Assembly: GCA_037442925.1 (NCBI GenBank)
Contig: JBBIPG010000057.1
Span: 1-14,986, forward strand
Length of the DNA stretch: 14,986 bases
Direction: 5' to 3'
DNA from: Candidatus Fraserbacteria bacterium
Lineage (GTDB): Bacteria; Bipolaricaulota; Bipolaricaulia; RBG-16-55-9
Below are positions 1-6,981 of this stretch, one piece after another. Under the pieces are notes generated by a model. That model had not been told where the DNA came from, made no database searches, and worked only from the letters and a program-made list of their open reading frames with translations. The position numbers and the translations under genes are program-made. How positions within the stretch are numbered: position 1 is the first letter of the stretch; the number at the start of each line of letters is the position of its first letter.

Positions 1-81
1 CGTTTGAGCGAGCTGGGGCAGCGCAAGAGAGCCGTGCGCTGCCTGGAAGAGAGGAAGGAGTTGGAGTACATTCTTACGTGA
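1..81 (+). CDS. 3' end of a CDS entering the window (…RLSELGQRKRAVRCLEERKELEYILT*), product unknown
   Basis: Frame 1 is open from base 1 to TGA at 79-81 and gives a plausible charged helical peptide. Too short to assign. Confidence 0.45.
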   Translation, partial: RLSELGQRKRAVRCLEERKELEYILT

Positions 82-123
82 GGCAACGAATCTCATTTCG
101 AGTACTTTCTTAGGTGAGGCAAC
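64..123 (+). repeat. 24-bp imperfect direct repeat, 2 copies, 36-bp period
   Basis: 64-87 GAGTACATTCTTACGTGAGGCAAC vs 100-123 GAGTACTTTCTTAGGTGAGGCAAC, 22/24 identical. Confidence 0.85.
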
Positions 124-153
124 AGGGTCCGAGAAAGACCCCGACCCGTTCAC

Positions 154-182
154 TTGACAACCCTCTTCTGGCCTGAGAGAAT
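154..182 (+). promoter_or_regulatory. sigma70-type promoter for the aminotransferase
   Basis: TTGACA (154-159), 17-nt spacer, TG-n-GAGAAT (TG 174-175; -10 at 177-182). Confidence 0.6.
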
Positions 183-219
183 GAAAGCCAGCGATCATCT
201 GCAAAGGGTGACTACTCGT

Positions 220-1440
220 ATGGCTCGAGTCTCGAAACGTGCTGAGAAAACCCAGTTTTCGCCCATCCGCAAGCTGAAGTCCCTAGCTGATCAAGCTCGT
301 GCTGCGGGGAAGACGATCTATCATTTAAATATTGGCCAGCCGGATATCCCAACTCCCAAATCGTTCCTCGACGGAGTGAAGAACCTACCCAAAGTGCTCG
401 CCTACAGCCCCTCTCAGGGCCTCGATGAGGCGGTGGAAGCGCTTGTCGGCTACTACGAAGACCAGAATATCGCATTGGAACGAGACCAAGTGATCATCAC
501 GGCAGGAGGGAGCGAAGCGATCACGTTCGCTCTTCTGGCCGTGACCGATCCCGGAGACGAAATCGTCGTCCCAGAGCCCTTCTACACAAACTATAACTCG
601 TATGCATCGATGGCAGGTGTCGAGATCCGCCCCATCGAGACGCGCGCGGAAACAGGCTTTCGCCTGCCCGATCGCCAGACCATCGAAAGGGCAATTACTT
701 CCAAGACGAAAGCGATTCTCTTCTGCAACCCGGCAAACCCCACCGGCACCGTCTACACGCGAGACGAACTCGAAATGTTGAGAGATCTCGCCTTCGAGCA
801 TGATCTCTTCTTGATCTCGGATGAAGTCTACCGGGAGTTCGTCTACGATGGTCTCACGCACACGAGCGTGCTCCATTTGGATGGCTTGGAAGAGCAAGCC
901 ATTCTGGTGGATAGCATCTCGAAGCGATTCTCGGCATGTGGGGCGCGCATCGGCGCGATCGCGAGTCGTAATTCTTCCATCATGCAAGCCGCTCTCAAGT
1001 TCGCTCAGGCGAGGCTCTCTCCACCCACAATGGGGCAGCTTGGACTCATTCATTTCTTAAAGTCGAGCACGTATCGAAACGAAGTCGAGCAGATGATCGA
1101 GGAGTTCGAGCGACGACGGGACGTCGTCTATGAAGAGATCCGGAAGATTCCCGATGTCGTTTGCCGCAAGCCTCAGGGGGCCTTCTACATCATCGCCAAG
1201 CTCCCCATCGATGATGCCGAGAGATTCTGCTCATGGCTAATAACAGATTTTGCTCTAGACGGCGAGACGGTGTTGATGGCACCGGCAGCGGACTTCTATA
1301 AGACACCCGGTAAGGGTCGAGATGAAGTGCGCCTGGCGTACGTGCTCAGAACACACGCCCTACAGAGAGCTATCGAGATCGTACGGGCCGGCCTCGACGC
1401 CTATTCCCGTTCCCGTTTCGCCGTTCGCGCTCGGGCCTAG
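220..1440 (+). CDS. PLP-dependent aminotransferase class I/II (aspartate aminotransferase-like)
   Basis: Motifs LNIGQPD, NPANPTG, SDEVY and DSISKRFSACGARIG (PLP lysine). Start placed at ATG 220 (AAAGGGTG SD-like upstream); the ORF-track TTG at 154 coincides with the -35 box. Confidence 0.93.
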   Translation: MARVSKRAEKTQFSPIRKLKSLADQARAAGKTIYHLNIGQPDIPTPKSFLDGVKNLPKVLAYSPSQGLDEAVEALVGYYEDQNIALERDQVIITAGGSEAITFALLAVTDPGDEIVVPEPFYTNYNSYASMAGVEIRPIETRAETGFRLPDRQTIERAITSKTKAILFCNPANPTGTVYTRDELEMLRDLAFEHDLFLISDEVYREFVYDGLTHTSVLHLDGLEEQAILVDSISKRFSACGARIGAIASRNSSIMQAALKFAQARLSPPTMGQLGLIHFLKSSTYRNEVEQMIEEFERRRDVVYEEIRKIPDVVCRKPQGAFYIIAKLPIDDAERFCSWLITDFALDGETVLMAPAADFYKTPGKGRDEVRLAYVLRTHALQRAIEIVRAGLDAYSRSRFAVRARA

Positions 1441-2587
1441 AGTTGTTCGATGCTCTTGGCGGAGTCGGAGCGCTGTACTCGAAGTCGGGCACAGCCACCC
1501 TGGGGAGCGCCCGCTGTAGGTGTCGTTCAATCTGATGCACGGCTTGCTCTTCCTCCTGTGCTACGAGTGTGAAAGCATCTCCTACCGCCTGAGCTCTGGC
1601 CGTTCGTCCAATTCGGTGAATGTAGGCTTCCGGGGTCTCGGGTACATCATAGTTGATGACGTGCGAGATGCCTTCCACATCCAACCCGCGGGCAGCCAGA
1701 TCGGTCGCCACCATGACGCGATAGCGCCCCGTGCGGAAACCATGGAGTGACTGCAAGCGCTGGTTTTGACTGCGATCTCCGTGCAAGCACGTGACAGGAT
1801 GACCCTTGCGGTTTAGATCTCGAGCCACTCTGTCTGCGCCGTGTTTGGTGCGCGTGAAGATGAGTATCGACGTATAAGCGGTCGTCTCGAGCAGCTTGAG
1901 GAGCATCGTCATCTTGAGATGGCGTGCCACAGGATAGAGGAACTGTGAGACTTTGTCCGCAGGCTTGGCGCGCGAACCGATGGTTACAGTGATCGGCCGA
2001 ACAAGCGTTTGTCGTGCCAGAGACTCGATGGCGTGGGGCATCGTGGCGGAGAAGAGGAGATTCTGTCGTTGCTTCGGCAACAGATGAAGAATGCGCCGAA
2101 TGTCAGGCAGAAAGCCCATATCCAGCATTCGATCCGCTTCGTCTAGGACGAGAATCTCAATGTGCGACAGATTGACATGGCGGCGATTTGCGTGATCGAG
2201 CAGACGTCCGGGTGTGGCAACCAAAATCTGTGGGTTGGCTCGAAGAGCGGCGATCTGGGGTCCCATGGAGACGCCGCCATAGACAGCGGCGCAGCGAACC
2301 TGTGTGAAACGCGCGTAATCTCGCGTGCTGGTCTCGATCTGTGCTGCCAGCTCGCGCGTGGGGGCCAAGATCAAGCAGCGAAGTCCTTGTCTATCTTTGA
2401 CTCGATCCAGAATGGGCAGCACAAAGGCCGCCGTCTTGCCGGTGCCCGTCTGGGCGGTCCCGAGAACATCTTTTCCAGCGAGAATGTGGGGAATGGCTTG
2501 GGATTGGATGGGTGTAGGCTCTACGTAGCCGGCAGCTCGAACACCCCTAACGATGAGATGTGAAAGACCGAGTTTAGAGAACGGCAT
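1370..2587 (-). CDS. DEAD-box ATP-dependent RNA helicase (RhlE-like)
   Basis: Q motif PTPIQ, AQTGTGKT, PTRELA, TPGRL, DEAD, SAT, ARGLD, HRIGRTAR; basic R/N/G-rich tail; GAAAGGAG SD at 2601-2608. Confidence 0.96.
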   Translation of the reverse strand: MPFSKLGLSHLIVRGVRAAGYVEPTPIQSQAIPHILAGKDVLGTAQTGTGKTAAFVLPILDRVKDRQGLRCLILAPTRELAAQIETSTRDYARFTQVRCAAVYGGVSMGPQIAALRANPQILVATPGRLLDHANRRHVNLSHIEILVLDEADRMLDMGFLPDIRRILHLLPKQRQNLLFSATMPHAIESLARQTLVRPITVTIGSRAKPADKVSQFLYPVARHLKMTMLLKLLETTAYTSILIFTRTKHGADRVARDLNRKGHPVTCLHGDRSQNQRLQSLHGFRTGRYRVMVATDLAARGLDVEGISHVINYDVPETPEAYIHRIGRTARAQAVGDAFTLVAQEEEQAVHQIERHLQRALPRVAVPDFEYSAPTPPRASNNSRPERERRNGNGNRRRGRPVRSR

Positions 2588-2702
2588 ATCTACGGTAATG
2601 CTCCTTTCAAGCTCATATGGCTTGCAACTGACGTATCATCGTCATGGATTTATGCTTGTGCGCGGATACCTTAAGGTGGGGCATCAGCGGAAAAGCGTTT
2701 TT

Positions 2703-2731
2703 AGTATATATGATCCAGATCAAAAGTGCAA
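2703..2731 (-). promoter_or_regulatory. sigma70-type promoter for the DEAD-box helicase (implies ~110-nt 5' UTR)
   Basis: On - strand TTGCAC (2731-2726), 17 nt, TATACT (2708-2703). Confidence 0.6.
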
Positions 2732-2799
2732 GTCCTCTGACCTCGTGGCGTGGATTGTTTGTCCCGTATCGTCACGCCTCGATACCATGAAGAGACACG

Positions 2800-3597
2800 A
2801 TGTCTACCAAGAGGCGTCTTGATCTAGTTCTTGTAGAGCGTGGCTTGTGCAAGAGCCGCTCCGCCGCCCATCGCGCCATATTAGCAGGTCAAGTGTTGGT
2901 AAACGGGCAGCTGATAGATAAACCTGCAACTCGCATTACTGAAGATTCTTGTATCGAACTCAAGGCGAAACCCAGATATGTCAGTCAAGGCGGACTCAAA
3001 CTGGAAAAGGCGCTGCGCGCATTCGAGCTGGATGTGCATGGAATGGTCTGTCTGGATATCGGAGCCTCGACTGGCGGTTTCACCGATTGTCTTTTGCAGC
3101 ACGGAGCGGCGAAGGTGTACGCCGTCGACGTGGGCAAGGGCCAGCTCGATTGGTCATTGCGGAACGACCCACGAGTCGTAGTGAAGGAAGATCTCAATGC
3201 GCGCTATTTGCAGCTCGAACAGATTGGTGAGCAGGTGGATCTGGTAACGATCGATGTCTCGTTCATCTCACTGCGACTGATCTTGCCTGCCGTAAGACCT
3301 ATCTTGAAGCCATCAGGAGACGTGATTGCTCTCGTCAAGCCGCAGTTCGAGGCGGGACGCGAACACGTACAGCGGGGTGGAGTCGTGAAAGATCCCAGAG
3401 TGCACCAACAGGTACTGGAGGAGTTGGCCTGGTTTGCCGTACAAGAGTTGGGGTTCTCTGTCATCGACGCGACGTTCTCCCCCTTCCGTGGCCCAGCGGG
3501 CAATATCGAGTTCTTTGTGCAACTTAGGAACGAAGTGGGCGTTAGTGGTCAGCCAGATTTGGGGTATTTGGTGGCCGAGGCCCATCGAGAATTATAA
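2800..3597 (+). CDS. tlyA: TlyA family rRNA (cytidine-2'-O)-methyltransferase
   Basis: N-terminal S4 domain (RLDLVLVERGL…SR), LDIGASTGGFTDCLLQ, K-D-K-E tetrad (GGLKL, IDVSFISL, VKPQFE, GNIEF). Confidence 0.95.
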   Translation: MSTKRRLDLVLVERGLCKSRSAAHRAILAGQVLVNGQLIDKPATRITEDSCIELKAKPRYVSQGGLKLEKALRAFELDVHGMVCLDIGASTGGFTDCLLQHGAAKVYAVDVGKGQLDWSLRNDPRVVVKEDLNARYLQLEQIGEQVDLVTIDVSFISLRLILPAVRPILKPSGDVIALVKPQFEAGREHVQRGGVVKDPRVHQQVLEELAWFAVQELGFSVIDATFSPFRGPAGNIEFFVQLRNEVGVSGQPDLGYLVAEAHREL

Positions 3598-3603
3598 TGC
3601 AGC

Positions 3604-4227
3604 ATGGTGATCATTGGCTTGACAGGCGGTATTGCCAGCGGCAAGAGCACCATCGCCCGTGCCGTAAAAGAAGAGCCCGGTATTGCTGTCATCGAAGCCG
3701 ATCGCATCGCCTGGGAGACATATCACCCAGGATCGGAAGTCTATCGCAAGCTCATCGAGCATTTCGGTCGACGAATTGTGAAGCCGGATGGCACCATCAA
3801 CCGTCATGCGCTGGGCAGGCTCATTTTCCGAGACGAAGCCGAACGACGGTTCGTGAATCGCATCGTCCACCCAGCGGTGATGGCACGTCTTAAGGAGATA
3901 GCTCGCTCCCAGGAATCTCAAGGGGTCGATCTATTGATCGTAGAGGCGGCACTCTTATTAGAATCTGAGGCTGTCGATCGCCAGTTCTTTGATTATTACG
4001 TGGTAGTGAAGGTGGAACCTGAGGAGCAGATTCGACGACTCATGGAGCGAGACGGCATCAGTCGCGAAGAAGCTGTGGAAAAGATCTCGTCACAGACTCC
4101 CCAAGATGAAAAACTGAAGTGCGCGGATGAGGTGATTGAGAGTTCTGGTAACGTAGAAGAAACGATACAACGTGCCAAGGCGCTTTTCTCGCGGCTGCGT
4201 CAACGCGCGGCAAAAGGCCATCCATAG
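3604..4227 (+). CDS. coaE: dephospho-CoA kinase
   Basis: IIGLTGGIASGKST P-loop, INRHALGRLIF, IVHP, RLMERD; 6 nt after tlyA stop. Confidence 0.95.
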   Translation: MVIIGLTGGIASGKSTIARAVKEEPGIAVIEADRIAWETYHPGSEVYRKLIEHFGRRIVKPDGTINRHALGRLIFRDEAERRFVNRIVHPAVMARLKEIARSQESQGVDLLIVEAALLLESEAVDRQFFDYYVVVKVEPEEQIRRLMERDGISREEAVEKISSQTPQDEKLKCADEVIESSGNVEETIQRAKALFSRLRQRAAKGHP

Positions 4228-4391
4228 CCCATTGGCAGCGATATCACAGAGAACGCTACGTGGGCGTAGCCCAGATCACGGACACCGCTGTCAGGATGCT
4301 TTACGCTTCCGTTAGAATGACTCCGATATTTGCGGCGAGGGGGACATAAGAGCAGAGGGCGTATCGTCAAAGACCTACACGGAGGTACAGC

Positions 4392-4568
4392 GTGATCTCC
4401 ACGGTACGCCGCTTGGAGTTACTGCGTGTGCAGCGACAGCTGCGAAGAGCTCAGTGGAGAGCCAAGCTACAACTGGTCCTCCTCAAACAGAGGGCTCCCC
4501 ATCACATACGTCGAACTCGTCCGCTCAAGATTCATTCATCGAGTCGATCCGACCACGCCTCAAGCTGA
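4392..4568 (+). CDS. putative 58-aa Arg/Leu-rich small protein (not in ORF track)
   Basis: GGAGGT (4381-4386), 5 nt, GTG; open to TGA 4566-4568: MISTVRRLELLRVQRQLRRAQWRAKLQLVLLKQRAPHHIRRTRPLKIHSSSRSDHASS. TAGAAT at 4313-4318 upstream. Confidence 0.5.
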   Translation: MISTVRRLELLRVQRQLRRAQWRAKLQLVLLKQRAPHHIRRTRPLKIHSSSRSDHASS

Positions 4569-4665
4569 CAGTTGGGATCAGCCAGTAGAGAAGCCTGTCT
4601 AGCATTCAACCGAACCCTGTCCTTTCCCCTGGGCTGACAAGGCCTATAATGACTGATGGTCACCT

Positions 4666-5796
4666 ATGGGCATCCACATGGCGGAGGCGCGCATCGATCT
4701 GGGTCGGCTGCGTCGGAATATCGAGATCGTCCAAGGGCATCTGGGCAAGGTGAAGCTGCTCTTTCCTGTCAAAGCCGATGGGTACGGGCACGGAGCCGTC
4801 GGTATCTCTCGCCTTGCGGAAGAAGCCGGGGTAGATTATCTGGGTGTGGCGAATCTCTTGGAGGCGCTGGAGCTACGCAAGGCAGGCATTCGAATTCCCA
4901 TTTTGATCCTCTCCGCTTCGCGACCGGAGCTGGCGCGCGAGCTCGCCGAGGCCGATGTCACGGTAAACGTCTCCACTCCAGAGATGGCCAAGGCGCTTGA
5001 GCAGGCCGCTAGACGGGCGAAGAAGACGGTCAAGGCCCACGTCAAAGTCGACACCGGCATGGGCCGAAACGGCGTGCTCGCGGAACAAGCATACGATTTT
5101 GTGCTCTCACTCAAAGATTGCCCCCACATCGAGGTCGAAGGGATCTTCAGCCACTTTAGCGTCTCCTACAGCGAAGACCCCCAAGATCAAGCGTACACGC
5201 GACAGCAGATCCGCCTCTTCAATCAACTGTTGAAAGAACTGGACAATGCAGGCAGGCTTCCGCCCTTGCGACACATCGCGAATTCCTCAGCCTTGATCCA
5301 GTATGACGATGAAGTCACCACAGGCTATTACAACATGGTCCGCCCCGGTGTGTTGCTCTACGGCTACCCGGAAGTGCGTCGCCCGTGGACAGAGGGCATC
5401 TGCCCACCGATGACTCTCGTGACGTGGGTGGTCTGCGTGAAAGAGATGCCACCGGGACGATACATCGGCTATGGGCGCAAATATCAGACGGACTCGGTGC
5501 GCCGTATCGCCACGCTGCCGGTGGGATACGCCGATGGGATCAATCCAAAGTTGGCCTGTCATCAAGGGGAAGTAGTCATCCACGGTGAGCGTGCTCCGAT
5601 CGTGGGCGGCATATCCATGGATCAGATCACTGTGGATGTTACGCACATTCCCAAGGCGAACGTGGGCGATGAAGTCGAGCTGATCAGCGATGCAATGCCG
5701 GCGGAGGAGATCGCCCGCCGGATCGGGGCGCGCTTTACGGAGATCGTTCTTACCGCCCTTTCACGCCGCGTGGCCCGTATCTATATTCAGAGCTAG
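4666..5796 (+). CDS. alr: alanine racemase
   Basis: PVKADGYGHG (PLP Lys), HVKVDTGMGRNG, FSHF, HIANS, VRPG, IGYG (catalytic Tyr), PVGYADG, ISMDQ. TATAAT at 4645-4650. Start could alternatively be ATG 4678. Confidence 0.95.
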   Translation: MGIHMAEARIDLGRLRRNIEIVQGHLGKVKLLFPVKADGYGHGAVGISRLAEEAGVDYLGVANLLEALELRKAGIRIPILILSASRPELARELAEADVTVNVSTPEMAKALEQAARRAKKTVKAHVKVDTGMGRNGVLAEQAYDFVLSLKDCPHIEVEGIFSHFSVSYSEDPQDQAYTRQQIRLFNQLLKELDNAGRLPPLRHIANSSALIQYDDEVTTGYYNMVRPGVLLYGYPEVRRPWTEGICPPMTLVTWVVCVKEMPPGRYIGYGRKYQTDSVRRIATLPVGYADGINPKLACHQGEVVIHGERAPIVGGISMDQITVDVTHIPKANVGDEVELISDAMPAEEIARRIGARFTEIVLTALSRRVARIYIQS

Positions 5797-5808
5797 TCAG
5801 AGCTTATA

Positions 5809-5826
5809 GGGACGGACTTCCGTCCT
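5809..5826 (+). terminator. GC hairpin after alr (possible terminator or pause; no U-tract)
   Basis: GGACGG-ACTT-CCGTCC at 5810-5825. Confidence 0.35.
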
Positions 5827-5921
5827 CCTCAGCGTAATTCAAATCACCCGAAAGATTCCCCGCTTTGTGTTATCTTGCGGCTGTGCATCCAAGCTAACTC
5901 GCACTTCTAAGGAGGCCGGAG

Positions 5922-6581
5922 ATGAATCACCGCCGGGGGGGCCTGTTTACGTTCCTTTATCTACTCATCCTTCCTACAATTCTCACTTTGCTGCCCTGGG
6001 AGGGTCGCTCGGATCCGCAGTGGGTCGTGGTGATCGACGCGGGGCATGGAGGAGTAGATCCTGGAGCGCAGGGGCCGAGCGGCGTCCGCGAAAAGGAGAT
6101 CAACTTGGACATCGCTCGGATGATCGAAATTCTGGCATTGGGAGATCCTGAAGTAAAAATCATCCTCACCCGTCGCAGTGATCAGACACTGCCCCTCAAA
6201 GAGCGAACCAACCTGGCAAACAATCTAAGAGCAGCTCTCTATGTGAGCATCCACTCGAACGCGCATAACGATCCTCGAGTACAGGGGATCGAGACCCTCG
6301 TTGCAGATAAGCTGGATCACCCCATGTATGCGAAAAGCCTCCAATTGGCTCAAGCCATTCAACAGCAGATCATGGTGCGCCTTGCGCCCCTGGGAATATC
6401 GAATCGAGGGGTGAAGAAGCAGCCGCTCTACATCCGATGGGCCCAGATGCCCGCCGTGATCGTGGAGTCGGGATTCGTCACAAACTCCAAGAGTGAAACC
6501 CAGCTTCAGTCTCTCTGGTACCAAGCTCAAATCGCCGAAGCGGTTCTCGCCGGCATCAAGACATACTTGAAAAAGAATTGA
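5922..6581 (+). CDS. N-acetylmuramoyl-L-alanine amidase (Amidase_3) with N-terminal signal/anchor
   Basis: IDAGHGGVDPGA, EKEINL, LTR, SIHSNA, PAVIVESGF Zn/catalytic motifs; hydrophobic N-terminus; AAGGAGG SD 5909-5915. Confidence 0.93.
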   Translation: MNHRRGGLFTFLYLLILPTILTLLPWEGRSDPQWVVVIDAGHGGVDPGAQGPSGVREKEINLDIARMIEILALGDPEVKIILTRRSDQTLPLKERTNLANNLRAALYVSIHSNAHNDPRVQGIETLVADKLDHPMYAKSLQLAQAIQQQIMVRLAPLGISNRGVKKQPLYIRWAQMPAVIVESGFVTNSKSETQLQSLWYQAQIAEAVLAGIKTYLKKN

Positions 6582-6600
6582 CGGCAGCCTGTACGCATAT

Positions 6601-6813
6601 CGGCGCCGTTAGGATAACGCTAGGAACCTCCTGGATCTGAGGGATTGGTTGTACTGCCAGGCATACAGTGGCAACCAATGGTGCAGGCTCCTCAGCCCCA
6701 ATGTCCTCTGCGGAAACGAGACGTCGAAGACCTTCACCCTTCGTTTCCGCTCGCGGAACCGGAAGCGTACGCGGCCAGGCCTAGAGCGACGGCCCAGCTT
6801 TTTAACGGCACCG
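6601..6813 (-). ncRNA. candidate ~213-nt structured ncRNA, family not recognised
   Basis: Ends pair over 11 bp (6601-6611/6803-6813). Nested helices at 6619-6624/6793-6798, 6630-6634/6775-6779, 6637-6642/6690-6695, 6644-6651/6672-6679 and 6710-6719/6741-6750. TATAAT on - strand at 6826-6821, 7 nt before the 5' end. Confidence 0.65.
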
Positions 6814-6926
6814 GAAGCGAATTATAGACCTGCTGGATGGTCCACATTGGCCTTAGCTCGCTATGAGGCTCCGGTTATCCGTGGTCAGCTTACAGCCCTT
6901 GGTTGATGAGGGAGAACCAACTCAAA

Positions 6927-6955
6927 TTGGCAAAGGGTGCTCTTTCCAGTAAGAT
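6927..6955 (+). promoter_or_regulatory. sigma70-type promoter for the deoxyhypusine synthase-like gene
   Basis: TTGGCA (6927-6932), 17 nt, TAAGAT (6950-6955); AGGAGG SD at 6971-6976. Confidence 0.55.
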
Positions 6956-6981
6956 CGTCGTGATTCCCGAAGGAGGTTTTG

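Noticed and set aside
64..123. CRISPR array
   Set aside because: Only two repeats, a 12-nt spacer and no cas genes.
154..219. ORF-track upstream starts for the aminotransferase (154), and similarly dtd (8937) and ispA (8948)
   Set aside because: Each TTG coincides with a predicted -35 hexamer; family homology starts at downstream ATGs.
5830..5910. c-di-AMP (ydaO) riboswitch upstream of the amidase, suggested by AGCTAACTCG
   Set aside because: The other conserved blocks (GCUGAAUC, GGGGGA, CCCGAAxCCG) are not present in order.
6601..6813. tmRNA, RNase P, SRP, cobalamin riboswitch or retron msr-msd identity for the structured element
   Set aside because: No tRNA-like 3' end, GGAAAGUCC, SRP helix-8 or complete B12-box sequence; no reverse transcriptase in the window.
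6645..6906. Small + strand ORFs 6645-6827 and 6649-6906
   Set aside because: No SD or recognisable motif; the region is better explained by extensive base pairing.
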